A stretch of DNA of 63,996 bases, counting the filler, from Anaerolineae bacterium (GTDB lineage Bacteria > Chloroflexota > Anaerolineae > B4-G1 > DUEL01): NCBI GenBank assembly GCA_041082215.1. It is 6 parts of 6 records of this genome, joined end to end, with 100 filler letters (N's around TTAATTAATTAA, not from the genome) between each part and the next. Parts side by side here need not be neighbours in the genome. Positions count along the whole stretch, not along the records: positions 47,707 to 53,006 come from JBDOIF010000106.1; positions 53,107 to 56,931 come from JBDOIF010000126.1; positions 57,032 to 62,881 come from JBDOIF010000042.1; 3 more parts are not named here. One strand, 5' to 3'. Below the pieces are notes generated by a model that searched no databases, had not been told where the DNA came from, and saw only the letters and a list, made by a program, of their open reading frames with translations. Shown piece by piece: positions 47,707 through 57,995 of this stretch (positions are counted from its first letter, which is position 1; each line of letters opens with the position of its first letter). A program made the position numbers and the translations under genes.

Positions 47707-47853
47707 CGCTGAAGGTGCGAGGGGAGGTGATCGGGGTGCTGGACGTGCAGTCGGAGGCGGCGGCGGCGTTCAGCGAAGAGGATGTGGCGGTGTTGCAGAC
47801 GATGGCCGACCAGGTGGCGCTGGCCATCGAAAACGCCCGACTGCTGGAGGAGA
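47707..47853 (+). repeat. 147-bp exact repeat (GAF C-terminal segment), copy 2
   Basis: Identical to 24863-25009. Confidence 0.95.
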
Positions 47854-48884
47854 CTCAGGAACGGCTGCACGAGATCTCGGTGCTCCTGGGCCAGCGGGAA
47901 CGGGAGGGGTGGGAAGCACTGCTGGCCGAACGCCCGATCCGGGGGTATGTCTACGACGGCCTGGAAATCCTCCCCACGGAGGCGGCTGAAAGGCTGGCGG
48001 GGAAGCCGGAGCTGTCCGTGCCTCTGGAGACGCGCGGTGGGCCAATCGGCCGCCTGCTCCTCTCGTTGCCCGACCGTCCGCTTACGCCGGAGGAAGAGGC
48101 CCTGATCCGGCAGGTAGCCGAGCAGGCAGGGCTGGCGCTGGAGAACGCCCGCCTCTTCCAGGAGACGCAGCGGGCGCTGGGGGTGGTGGAGGCCCTCTAC
48201 CGGGCCAGCCGGGCAATCGGCGAGGCGAATTCCCCGGATGGGGTTGTGCAGGGAGCGGCCGAAATCGCAGCCGCGCTGGGGTTCTCCGCCGTCTCGCTGA
48301 CCCTGGTCACCGCGCTCGACGAAGGGGGTATCCCTACCCGGGGGGATATTTATTCGGTGATCGTAGGAGAAGGGGGACCCGTGCCCATCCCGATGATCCG
48401 GGATTTCCCCATCTCGGACCGGCTGGCGGCGCAGGGCGTGCTGGAGGACCCCGGGTTTATGGTCATCTACAGGGATGCGGAGGACCCCCTCGAACCCGTT
48501 CCCGATGTGGTGCGGGAGACAATGCGGAGTATGGGCATGCGGGGAATGGTGACGCTGGGGCTGACGGCGGGTGGCCGTCCGCTGGGCTTCCTGACTTTCA
48601 GCAGCACCAGGCCATTGACCGGCATCTCGGAAGAGTGGAGCCGTCGCGCCCGAACGGTCGCCGACCAGGCTGCCATCGCCCTGGAAGGGATGCGGCTGCT
48701 GGAAGAAACCCGGCAGTGGGCGGAACGGGAGCGGCTGCGGGCGGAGATCGCCAGCCGGGTCCGTGCCTCGGTGGATGTGGATGCGATCCTGCAGACAGCC
48801 GTCCGGGAACTGGGGCGGGCGCTGCGGGCCTCGGAGGGAGTGATCCGGCTGGGAGGTGGCGACGGAGCCAGCACTTCCGAATAG
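47707..48884 (+). CDS. GAF-domain protein without kinase output (5' truncated by gap)
   Basis: GAF repeats (AIENARL, ALENARL), ends in VDVDAILQTAVRELGRAL. Confidence 0.85.
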
Positions 48885-48928
48885 GTGTGGAAATTGAATA
48901 GACACAGCATTCACCCAAGGAGATAAAG

Positions 48929-50584
48929 ATGGACACCAACAAGGCAAACCAACGGAAGATGCATATAGCAGCAGGAACGCTCAGCCGGCGAGCATTCCTG
49001 CAATGGACGCTCAAGGCTGCCGGGGTCGCTGCCCTGAGCGCCTTCCTGCCCGGCTGCGGCCCCTCCCCGTCTGAACCGACGGTGGAGCCGCCCGGCGCTG
49101 GCCGACGGACGCTGATGATGGGCAGCGCGGTGGACCTGTATACGATAGACCCGGCCGTGGGCTTCGACCAGGCCATCGGCAGCAGCCTGAAGGGGCTGTA
49201 CGATGCGCTGTTCCGATATGTCGGCAACCCACCCCAGGTGATCCCCTGGCTGGCCCAGAGCTATGAGGTCTCCGAGGATGCGATGGAATGGACCTTCAAG
49301 CTGGTGGAGAACGCAGTTTTCCACGATGGCACGCCGGTAACCGCCGACGCGGTCAGGTATTCGGCCCAGCGTCTGCTGCGGATCGGTCAGGGGGCCGCTT
49401 CGTTGTTCGCAGGCATTATGGATGAGGACAGTGTGACGGTGGAGGGGGACTATGTGGTGAAGTTCCGGCTGTTGCAGCCCTTTGGCCCCTTCCTGAACAT
49501 CCTGCCCTGGCTTTTCATCGTCAACCCCCGGGTGGTGCAGGCCAATGCCGGCAGCAACGACGGCCAGAGCTGGCTGAAGGAGCACGACGCCGGCTCCGGT
49601 CCCTTCACCGTAGGGGAGTGGAAGCCGGGAGAGTCCTACGAGTTCAAAGCAGTCCCTGATTACTGGAAGGGATGGCCTTCGGAATCCCATCTGGAAGGGT
49701 ATGTCCGTCGGGTCATCACCGACTCTGCGGCCAGGGTTCAGGCGCTGGAGAAAGGGGAGGTGGACCTGATTGACTGGGCCACGCCCGAAGAGCAGCTTCG
49801 TCTGAAAGAGGCGGGCTTTCGAATCGTGGAAGAGCCAACGATGCAGGTCTATGAGATCAAGCTCAACTACCAGGAGGGGTACACAGCGAACGTCCACGTG
49901 AGGCGGGCGATCTCCTATGCCTTCGATTACCAGGCCCTGCAGGAGATCTGGGGGGGACGCGCCAGGCTGAACGTCGGGCCCTTGCCCACCTCTCTGGAAC
50001 TGACGGCCAGGGACCTGGAGGTCTACCGCCTCGATCTGGAGAAGGCCAGGGAGGAGTTGAGAAAGTCACCCTGGCCGGACGGCGGCTTTTTCCTGGACTT
50101 CGTTTATGTCCACGGCCTCGAGGAGGAGCGAAAGACAGGGGAGATCCTGCGCGAGCAACTGGCGAAGCTCAACATCACCGTGAACCTCATCCCTATGGCC
50201 TGGGCCGACGCGGTGAGCACTTTCCAGGACCCCAGAACGGCACCCGCCATGTTCCCCCTCTACTCCGTCTCCGCCTACCCCGATCCCGACAACTACCTGT
50301 GGACAGGCTATCACTCCTCCCAGGCGGGGGCCTGGAGCAATCCCGGCCACTACCAGAACCCGCGGATGGATGAGCTGCTGGAGCAGGCCAGGGCGACGGT
50401 GGATCGTGGAGAGCGCGCCCGGCTCTACCGCCAGGCCCAGCAGTTGGCCCTTGACGAGGCGGTGAACATCTTCGGCGTCTCCACACCGGACTTCCACATC
50501 TACAGCTCCACCATTGAGGGCCTGGATTACTGCCCGGTGATGGGCAGCGACGAGGACTTCTACTGGGCCTGGCTGAGGAGCTGA
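48929..50584 (+). CDS. Family 5 (peptide/nickel-type) solute-binding protein, Tat lipoprotein
   Basis: SRRAFL + LPGC; PWLAQSY, FHDGTPVTADAV, GSGPF, VRRAISYA. Confidence 0.9.
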   Translation: MDTNKANQRKMHIAAGTLSRRAFLQWTLKAAGVAALSAFLPGCGPSPSEPTVEPPGAGRRTLMMGSAVDLYTIDPAVGFDQAIGSSLKGLYDALFRYVGNPPQVIPWLAQSYEVSEDAMEWTFKLVENAVFHDGTPVTADAVRYSAQRLLRIGQGAASLFAGIMDEDSVTVEGDYVVKFRLLQPFGPFLNILPWLFIVNPRVVQANAGSNDGQSWLKEHDAGSGPFTVGEWKPGESYEFKAVPDYWKGWPSESHLEGYVRRVITDSAARVQALEKGEVDLIDWATPEEQLRLKEAGFRIVEEPTMQVYEIKLNYQEGYTANVHVRRAISYAFDYQALQEIWGGRARLNVGPLPTSLELTARDLEVYRLDLEKAREELRKSPWPDGGFFLDFVYVHGLEEERKTGEILREQLAKLNITVNLIPMAWADAVSTFQDPRTAPAMFPLYSVSAYPDPDNYLWTGYHSSQAGAWSNPGHYQNPRMDELLEQARATVDRGERARLYRQAQQLALDEAVNIFGVSTPDFHIYSSTIEGLDYCPVMGSDEDFYWAWLRS

Positions 50585-50650
50585 GAGTCCAGGAGGCGCA
50601 GCCGGGCGGCCGCTGCGGCCCGGGGTGGAGCGACGTTGGGAGGAAGGGTT

Positions 50651-52471
50651 ATGGGATGGACAGTACGGCAGAGACTGGTGGTTGCTTTCTTCATAATGAG
50701 CATACTGATGGCCATCGCTGGCGGCTTCAGCCTGTACTATATGAGCCGGATCCAGGCCAGCACGGTGAGGGTCCTGCAGGAAAACCAGCCCATCCTCAAC
50801 GACATGGCGGCGATCGAGCGCAACATCCTGTTCCACAGCCTTAAGGTGGGGCAGTATGTGACCACAGGGAACAGGGCCCACCTGCGCGCCGTGGAGGACC
50901 TGATCCATAGCGTTGAGGTCCATCTGGCCGATCTGGAGAGCCGGACCCGGGGCACTGAGGATGAGCTGGTGGTTGAGGGCATCAGAGGGGCCTACGAGAC
51001 GTACACGGTCCTTTCGGAGGAGATGCTGGCTTTCTATCAGCAGCATCCTGACGACACAGCTTCCATCGAGGGCCGCCAGATGAGGATCGGTGCCCTGCTC
51101 GAGAATGCGCTCATCGCCCCGGCGGAGTACCTGTACGAGGCCAAACAGCGGGAGGCTGAGGAGCTGGCCCAGGCCGGTGTCCGGCTGAACCAGATTTTCC
51201 TCAGGGTCATTGTTGTGACGATCGTGGTCATGCTTGGGCTGTTTGTTACTGTGGGCGTCTCCATTGACCGCTCTGTCGCTGTGCCTATCGCCCGGCTCTC
51301 CGAGGCCACGCGGAGGATTATGGCGGGCGACCTGGGGGCAAGGGTGGCGATCAGGACGAGGGATGAGATCGGCTTGCTGGCCCGCACCTTCAACGATATG
51401 ACTGCCCGGTTGCAGGGGCTGGTGGGGACGCTTGAGCAGCGGATCGCCGAACGCACCCGCGATCTGGAGAAGCGGGCTGTCCAGCTGGAGGCGGCGGCAA
51501 GGGTGGCCCGGGATGCGTTGGAGATCCGGGACGTGAGGGAGCTGCTGGACCGGGTTGTCCACCTGATCTCGGAGCGGTTCGGTTTTTACCACGCCGGCAT
51601 CTTCCTGCTGGACGATCGGGGAGAGTATGCTGTGCTTCGGGCTGCCTCCTCGGAGGGCGGGAAGCGGATGCTGGAGCGGGGCCACAAGCTGGCCGTGGGC
51701 AAGGTCGGCATCGTGGGGTATGTGGCCGGCTCGGGGGAGCCACGCATCGCGCTGGATGTGGGTGCGGATGCCGTTTTCTTCGATAACCCCGACCTCCCCC
51801 GCACCCGCTCTGAAATGGCCCTGCCGCTCAAGGTCCGCAACCGGGTCATCGGCGTGCTGGACGTGCAGTCGGAGGAGCCAGCGGCGTTCACCAGTGAGGA
51901 TGTGGCTGCGCTGCAGACGATGGCCGACCAGATCGCCCTGGCCATCGAGAACGCCCGGCTGCTGGAGGAGAGCTACCGGACGTTGCAGGAGCTGGAACGG
52001 CTGTACGGCGAACGGGCACGGGAGGCATGGCGGCTGTGGACCGCCCGTCGTCCTTCTACGTACCGCTATACAGGGGTGGAGGTGGAGCCTCTTCCGACAC
52101 CCCCCGCCCAGCCGTCCGCCGCGGAGGGGGATGGGCATCAGTTGACGGTGCCCCTCCGCCTCCGGGGGCAGGTCATCGGCTCCATCCTGCTGCGGCGGAC
52201 CGGGGAGCAGCCGCCGTGGTCGCCGGAGGAGCAGCGCCTGGCCGAGGAGATGGGCGAGCAGATCGCGCTGGCGCTGGAAAGCGCCCGGTTGCTGGAGGAA
52301 TCCCGCAGTCGGGCGATCCAGGAGCAGATGCTCAGCGGGATCTCCTCTATCCTGACCCGCTCGCTGGATATGGAAACGCTCCTCCATACGGCGGTGGAAG
52401 AGCTGGCCCGGTTGCCGGAAGTGACCGAGGTCGCTGTCTATCTGGGTACGGGCAGAGAAGTGGGTGAATGA
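50651..52471 (+). CDS. Membrane sensor: periplasmic helical bundle + HAMP + GAF domains, no kinase
   Basis: Two TMs, PIARL..GDL..RDEIGLLARTFNDM (HAMP), conserved GAF, ends in SLDMETLLHTAVEELAR. Confidence 0.88.
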   Translation: MGWTVRQRLVVAFFIMSILMAIAGGFSLYYMSRIQASTVRVLQENQPILNDMAAIERNILFHSLKVGQYVTTGNRAHLRAVEDLIHSVEVHLADLESRTRGTEDELVVEGIRGAYETYTVLSEEMLAFYQQHPDDTASIEGRQMRIGALLENALIAPAEYLYEAKQREAEELAQAGVRLNQIFLRVIVVTIVVMLGLFVTVGVSIDRSVAVPIARLSEATRRIMAGDLGARVAIRTRDEIGLLARTFNDMTARLQGLVGTLEQRIAERTRDLEKRAVQLEAAARVARDALEIRDVRELLDRVVHLISERFGFYHAGIFLLDDRGEYAVLRAASSEGGKRMLERGHKLAVGKVGIVGYVAGSGEPRIALDVGADAVFFDNPDLPRTRSEMALPLKVRNRVIGVLDVQSEEPAAFTSEDVAALQTMADQIALAIENARLLEESYRTLQELERLYGERAREAWRLWTARRPSTYRYTGVEVEPLPTPPAQPSAAEGDGHQLTVPLRLRGQVIGSILLRRTGEQPPWSPEEQRLAEEMGEQIALALESARLLEESRSRAIQEQMLSGISSILTRSLDMETLLHTAVEELARLPEVTEVAVYLGTGREVGE

Positions 52472-53006
52472 AAATGAGCAAGAGCCACGAGCGCAGGGAT
52501 TGGTTACTGCTGAGCCGACTCCTTTCCCGATGGAGAGCCAGTTATATTGGGCGTGTGGCCGCCGTAGTCGAAATCGCCTCTGTGCCGGCCTCCGCCCTTG
52601 GCATCTATTATGCCCTGGCGACGGTAACGTTGTCCTCAAAGCAGCTTCTTTCTCTGGCTGCGTTGGTAGCCCTCTTCGTGACCGTTGCCAACTTTATCGG
52701 TGTTTTCTATGCCCGACGGAACACCACCCATCTCCGGCGATTTCTGCAAATGATGCCGGATCGGTTGCCCTCGGAAGAGGAGGAAGCAGTATGGCGGGAG
52801 GCGACGGCCTTCCCCTGGCAGTTCTCCCTCTTCGCCCTCTACAACTCTACGTTGGTCGTGGTCCTGCCAGTCATCGTCCTGTCCTACTGGCTGATCGGCA
52901 TCCAGCCGGCATTCCTCCCTTATCTCTTCATCGGTGGGTTCGTTGTTGTAAGCTGGATCAGCATCTACTATTACTTCGTCTGGGAATGGCTCTTCTGGCC
53001 GGTGCG
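52468..53006 (+). CDS. Multi-TM membrane protein, probable sensor N-terminus (3' truncated by gap)
   Basis: About four hydrophobic helices; start overlaps upstream stop. Confidence 0.6.
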
Positions 53007-53106
53007 NNNNNNNNNNNNNNNNNNNNNNNNNNNNNNNNNNNNNNNNNNNNTTAATTAATTAANNNNNNNNNNNNNNNNNNNNNNNNNNNNNNNNNNNNNN
53101 NNNNNN
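53007..53106. other. Artificial contig spacer
   Basis: N-run with TTAATTAATTAA linker. Confidence 0.98.
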
Positions 53107-53177
53107 GCGGCGGCAATCTTGCCGCCGCCCGCTTTTAACGCCACTCCGCCTCGCTCCGTGGCTGACTACGAGCACAT

Positions 53178-55397
53178 TTACCGGCAGGGTAACGGGGGAA
53201 TCGTCACCCGGTATATCTTCCCCCGCGCCAGGACGAAGAGAGAATCTCCCGCCTGGCTGACCGTCAGCGCCTGGAGGCCCTGGAACTCCTTCCCCGGAGG
53301 GCGTAACTGGGCGCAAAACGCGCCGTCCTCCCGAAGGATAACGATGCGCTCTGCCGCCCCGTCAGCCAGATACACCGGGCCCTTTTCCAGTTCCGGGTCC
53401 ACCGCCAGGGCAACAAAGCGGGCCACCGGAGCGGGAACGCTGCTGACCGCAAAGGGAGCTGCTCTCCCCTCCTCATAACGAGCCACCGCCCCGTCCTCAA
53501 AAAGGACATAGATGCTGTAGTTCAGCGCCATATCCCGGGCCCCCGTCAGTGGCGGAAGCGCCGATGAGAAATAAGGTTCCGGTTCCCCCCCGAATTCCCC
53601 GTTCTGGGGGACGTACCGCCAGATTTGCCCCACCGCCGGGTCCAGCAGATACAACCGTCCCGCATAGGTCGCGATGGCGACCGGGTCATGTCCCCCGGGG
53701 GCCGGAGAGAACGCCACCGACCGGGGCTCAGACCAGTGGGCGTCGTATGCCCACAGACGTCCCCCAGCCCCCAGGATGAGCAGCCCCAGGGAGGGTTGCC
53801 CCGGCCCCGACCGATGGGCGGTGAAGTCTATCAGAGAGGTCGCTTCCGGGATGGAGATGAACTCGCTCCCGCCGCCGATCAGGACCCGGCGCACCCGGCC
53901 CGTGCCCTCCAGAACAGCCACGCTCTGCTCCCACGCCACCAGACGGTTCCGGGAGACCTGAGTACCCAGATCAGCCAGCAACGTCGGCGCCACCCGAATG
54001 ACGCCGTCCATTTGATCCAGCGCGTCCTGGGCCATGGAGTGCAGCGCGCTGACCTCCGGGTCCTCGTCGTCCGCCGTCAGGGCCAGAACAGCCTCCCAGT
54101 GGGGACGGGCCAGTTCCGGGTGGGGGGCCTGTTGCGCGGCCAGGACCTGCTCCTGGGCCCGGGAGAGGACCTCTCTCCGTCGGATGTCCCGACCGTACCG
54201 GAACCAGACGATCAGGGTGGTCAGGATGACCAGAATCAGGATGAAGATGGCCAGCGCGGCCATGCGGCGGGGGTTCTCCTGAGGGAGAGGTCGGGGTGCC
54301 TTTGCGCCGACCGTCCGGCGGCGCTCCGCACCGGGAAGAGCGCGCCGGACAAGGACCCGCGCTCCGTGATAAGCGGACGCGGCCGCTGCACTCAGGCCCG
54401 CCCCCGCCACCGATGCTCCCTGGACCAATCCCCCACCGATGGCCTTGGCGCCTCCAGCCAGCCCTCTACCGATGGCGGTAAACCCTGCACCCACCTTCTC
54501 CCCCAAACGGGATAACTTCGGGGAAGGCGGGGGAAGGGGGGATTCCACCGCTCGGGTCCAGACCGCCGGTTCTACGACCTCCTCCTCTTCTTCCGTAACG
54601 CCCTCCCAGGGCGTTGGTTCCTCCGAGGGGGGCATCTCCTCGGGTGCCCGCGCTTCCTCTGGCGGGGGAGGGGGCACCGGGGGCGGTTCCGGTGGGAGGG
54701 GTGCTTCCCGGCGGCGCGGGGCGGGCGGAGCTGGAGGCGGAACCGGCCCCTCTTCCGGCCAGCGCAGTCCGGCCGCCGTCAGCGACTCCTCTCCGGCCAG
54801 TTGCTCCAGGCCGTCCAGTATATCCTCCCCCTCCCGCCGGAGCACCTGGCCCAGGGCATCCGGGGTGACCAGGCGGAGGAGATTCTGAGTACTTAAGAGG
54901 AGGGTCATACCGGGCCGGACAGGGATGTAGGAGAGCGCTATCTCGGCATAATATCGGCTCCCCAGGTGAGGGAGGGGCCGGTCGGGGTGTTGTTCGTCGC
55001 CGTCGGCGGAGAGGACGCGCGACCAGGCCAGGCCAGCGTGAGCCAGGAAAATCTCGTCGGCCCGCAGCGCGGCGCAGGCGATGCTCCCCACGCAACGGCT
55101 CTCTGGGGGGAGTTCATGGTTGAAGCGGACCAGAACCCGGTTTGCCGCGATGACGGCCCGTCGGAGGGCCGCCACGGGGCTTCCGGGAGTGGACCAGAAC
55201 GCCTGCGCAGCCGCGTCCCGGATTTCCCGGTAGAGGCGGGAAGAGGCCGGTCCGGTCAGGTCCAGTACCATCGCGAACCGTTCGCTTTCCCGTCCTGAGG
55301 CCGGGTGCAAGGGGGGAGTGAGCCAGGCGGTGCCCGGATGCCCTCCCGTCTGTCGCCGCCCATCCGTCAGGCGAATCCACCCAATCCAGGGCTCCAT
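53178..55397 (-). CDS. Bitopic protein: degenerate PP2C-like domain, Pro/Glu linker, TM, NHL-like beta-propeller
   Basis: LRRAVIAAN, IFLAHAG, PGMTLLLST; TM ALAIFILILVILTTLIVW; YAGRLYLLDP..GQIWRY, VYLADG. Confidence 0.65.
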   Translation of the reverse strand: MEPWIGWIRLTDGRRQTGGHPGTAWLTPPLHPASGRESERFAMVLDLTGPASSRLYREIRDAAAQAFWSTPGSPVAALRRAVIAANRVLVRFNHELPPESRCVGSIACAALRADEIFLAHAGLAWSRVLSADGDEQHPDRPLPHLGSRYYAEIALSYIPVRPGMTLLLSTQNLLRLVTPDALGQVLRREGEDILDGLEQLAGEESLTAAGLRWPEEGPVPPPAPPAPRRREAPLPPEPPPVPPPPPEEARAPEEMPPSEEPTPWEGVTEEEEEVVEPAVWTRAVESPLPPPSPKLSRLGEKVGAGFTAIGRGLAGGAKAIGGGLVQGASVAGAGLSAAAASAYHGARVLVRRALPGAERRRTVGAKAPRPLPQENPRRMAALAIFILILVILTTLIVWFRYGRDIRRREVLSRAQEQVLAAQQAPHPELARPHWEAVLALTADDEDPEVSALHSMAQDALDQMDGVIRVAPTLLADLGTQVSRNRLVAWEQSVAVLEGTGRVRRVLIGGGSEFISIPEATSLIDFTAHRSGPGQPSLGLLILGAGGRLWAYDAHWSEPRSVAFSPAPGGHDPVAIATYAGRLYLLDPAVGQIWRYVPQNGEFGGEPEPYFSSALPPLTGARDMALNYSIYVLFEDGAVARYEEGRAAPFAVSSVPAPVARFVALAVDPELEKGPVYLADGAAERIVILREDGAFCAQLRPPGKEFQGLQALTVSQAGDSLFVLARGKIYRVTIPPLPCR

Positions 55398-55428
55398 ACC
55401 TGCGCCTTTCGCAGAGGTGGGGGTCCGG

Positions 55429-55486
55429 CCTCATCCCTCCCCCGGCCCTTCGGGCCACCCCCTCCCGGACAGGGGGAGGGGTGAGG
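55429..55486. repeat. CCCTCACCCC-type palindromic repeat
   Basis: cctcatccctccccc ggcccttcgggcc ... gggggaggggtgagg; same family as 24674-24762. Confidence 0.75.
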
Positions 55487-55618
55487 CTCGCTTATAGAAT
55501 AGCCCAGAATGCCGGGTTGTCAAGTGGGGAGACGTAAAAATGCAGAGCTTTTCAAAGTTCTAACATCTGGCAGCTGCCGCGCCCATTTTCGTCTGCGAAA
55601 AGCCCTGGTCTCCCTCTT

Positions 55619-56931
55619 GTGATTGTTCAAAATTTGGCAACGAGGCATAAGGGCCCGATAGTCCTCCGGGGCCCTTGCTTTTTCTTTTCCGGCTTTTCAG
55701 GCCAGCAACACCGCCAGATTGGCTCCTCCTTTCTCCAAATGATTCCCACTCCAGGCCAATAGACGACTGACGTTCTCCGCCGATTCTGCCCGCTTATATC
55801 CCCGCATCGTCCGATACCGCTCTTTGACAAACCACCCAATCGCGCGCTCGCTGGCATTATTTGTCCCATCCAGCCGCTCCCCCCGTGGTCCCTCCCACCG
55901 CCGATACTTCGTCAACCGGGGCCACAGATTCCACCGATCCAGCAATAACAACCGAATCCGATACGCCACGCTCGCTTTCTCCCCTTCCCCAGGAGGCCTC
56001 GCTTTCAGATACTTCTCCAGCATCTTCTCTATCTCCCCAGCATCCTCCGGCCGCCGCCGTTGCACCAGTTCCCGTAACCGCTCCAAATCCCTTACCGCTT
56101 GCTCCGGCGTCACCCCTATCGCCCTCAGCGAACCGTCCCCATCGGCCTGTGCCAGGCCCTTCAATTCCTCCACCAATCGTTCCGTATTCCGCTTCACATG
56201 ACTCTTGCAGACCTGATGGGCCAACCCGAGTTGGTCGGCTGCCTCCTTGAATCCATCCGCATCATCCGTCACCAGAATCTCCGCCCCTACCGCCTTCACG
56301 ACCGGTTCCAGCCACCCCCTCAACGTCTCAGCATCCTCCCCTTTCAACCCTTCCACTGTCAGAACCAATCCGCTGATCGGGTCCACGGTTAGCCCAATCG
56401 GATACCATTCCCCTTTCACTTTGACCGTCGTCACATCGCTCCCCAGGGCGGGCGTCCGAATCCCCTCAAAGACCTGCCCCCGCTTCATCCCAGGAACCCG
56501 CTCACCGGCCTTCTGAACCGTCAGGTACACCAGGGTCTTGGACATATAAATGCCCAGCGCCTCCAGCAGCAAGGAGACGGCCCCATAACTCAGGCCCAGC
56601 AGGTAAAGAACCACGGCCAGTCCCTTCACCCTTTGGGAAAAATGGTCCCGAGATACCCCCGCCGGATAGACCCGGAACGTGTGCCCACAGCGCAGACAGC
56701 GGTAGCGATAGGCGGTGACTTCGGAATGGTGCGTGTCGCGCAGCGGTTTGCGCACCTCCTGAAGCCGCTGAAAGTGCCTCCCCCGGCATCCCGGATGTGG
56801 GCAGGCTTTGGGCAGTTGAAACTTCTCCGGCTCCACTTTGGGCAAAAGGAAATGCAGCCGCATCCTCATCCCCTCCCAGAAGTTGGTTCCCCTTCATTTT
56901 ACCCCACCTTTACCAATCAGTGAACAATCAC
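55619..56931 (-). mobile_element. Insertion sequence, family uncertain
   Basis: Terminal IR gtgattgttcaaaatttggca vs gtgattgttcactgattggta; contig ends exactly at IR. Confidence 0.8.
55697..56869 (-). CDS. DDE transposase with N-terminal zinc ribbon
   Basis: CPHPGC..YRCLRCGHTF, GSDVT, LVTDD, HQVCKSH, TNNASER. Confidence 0.88.
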   Translation of the reverse strand: MRMRLHFLLPKVEPEKFQLPKACPHPGCRGRHFQRLQEVRKPLRDTHHSEVTAYRYRCLRCGHTFRVYPAGVSRDHFSQRVKGLAVVLYLLGLSYGAVSLLLEALGIYMSKTLVYLTVQKAGERVPGMKRGQVFEGIRTPALGSDVTTVKVKGEWYPIGLTVDPISGLVLTVEGLKGEDAETLRGWLEPVVKAVGAEILVTDDADGFKEAADQLGLAHQVCKSHVKRNTERLVEELKGLAQADGDGSLRAIGVTPEQAVRDLERLRELVQRRRPEDAGEIEKMLEKYLKARPPGEGEKASVAYRIRLLLLDRWNLWPRLTKYRRWEGPRGERLDGTNNASERAIGWFVKERYRTMRGYKRAESAENVSRLLAWSGNHLEKGGANLAVLLA

Positions 56932-57031
56932 NNNNNNNNNNNNNNNNNNNNNNNNNNNNNNNNNNNNNNNNNNNNTTAATTAATTAANNNNNNNNNNNNN
57001 NNNNNNNNNNNNNNNNNNNNNNNNNNNNNNN
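56932..57031. other. Artificial contig spacer
   Basis: N-run with TTAATTAATTAA linker. Confidence 0.98.
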
Positions 57032-57963
57032 TCCACGATGGGCCGGTCGCCCTGGACGAGTTGCTCATCTATCCGCAGCGCGCTGGGCCTGGGGCGCTGC
57101 GTCTGCACCACCCGCCGGTCCTGATGGGCCACCAGGACGTTGAAGGGCATCGCCAGCCGGGCGACCAGGTCGCCCAGAACGGGCAGCCGCAGGAACCGCT
57201 GGTAGAAGCGCAGGTAGAGGAGCGTGTGCTCCTCGTCCACCGGCACGAAGGCTGCCACCACCCGCACGTCCTCCGAGATGTGGTTCTGCCAGAGGTTGGG
57301 GTAGATGAACTCCAGCCAGAAGGTCTGCCCCGAGACGTCCACCTCTTCCGGCTTCCGGGGCGGACGGCCGTCGTCGGTTCGGCTCAGGACGTACACCCGG
57401 AAGCGGTCGGGGTCGAGCCACTGGACCACGGGGCCGTCCACGATGGTGCGGTTCCCCCGCCCGATGGTGTTGTGGTGGACGAAGGGCAGGTGGATGGGGT
57501 CCAACTGGTTCTCGATCACCCGCGAGTAGTGAGCGTCCCAGGGGTCTATCGCCCCCGCGTAGCGGAAGCCCTCCAGGTCGTCAAAAAAATGGGGCGGTTG
57601 CAGGTCGGCGGGTGGGTTGTCTCCCCACCAGATCCAGATGAAGCCGTGGGCTTCGTAGGTGGGGTAGGCATGGACGCGGAACCGCTCCGGGACGGGACTG
57701 CTGCGGCTATTGGCAGGGATGGCGGTCACCCGGCCCGACGGGTCGTACTCAAAGCCGTGGAACGGGCACTGCAGGCGGCCGCTGGGCAGGACCATGCCCG
57801 CGCTGAGGGCGACGCCGCGATGGACGCAGCGATCGCGCAGGCAGGCCACACGGCCCTCTCCGTCCCGCCAGAAGACCAGTTTCTCCCCCATACGGGTCAC
57901 GCCGATGGGGCGCTCCCGCACCTGGCGGGAGTCCAGAACGATGTACCACTGATTACGGATCAT
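57032..57963 (-). CDS. Rieske non-heme iron oxygenase alpha subunit (3' truncated by gap)
   Basis: DRCVHRG..CPFHG; ENQLDPIHLPFVH. Confidence 0.92.
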
Positions 57964-57995
57964 ATCTCTCCTCTATTCAACCGGATTTACGCAGT

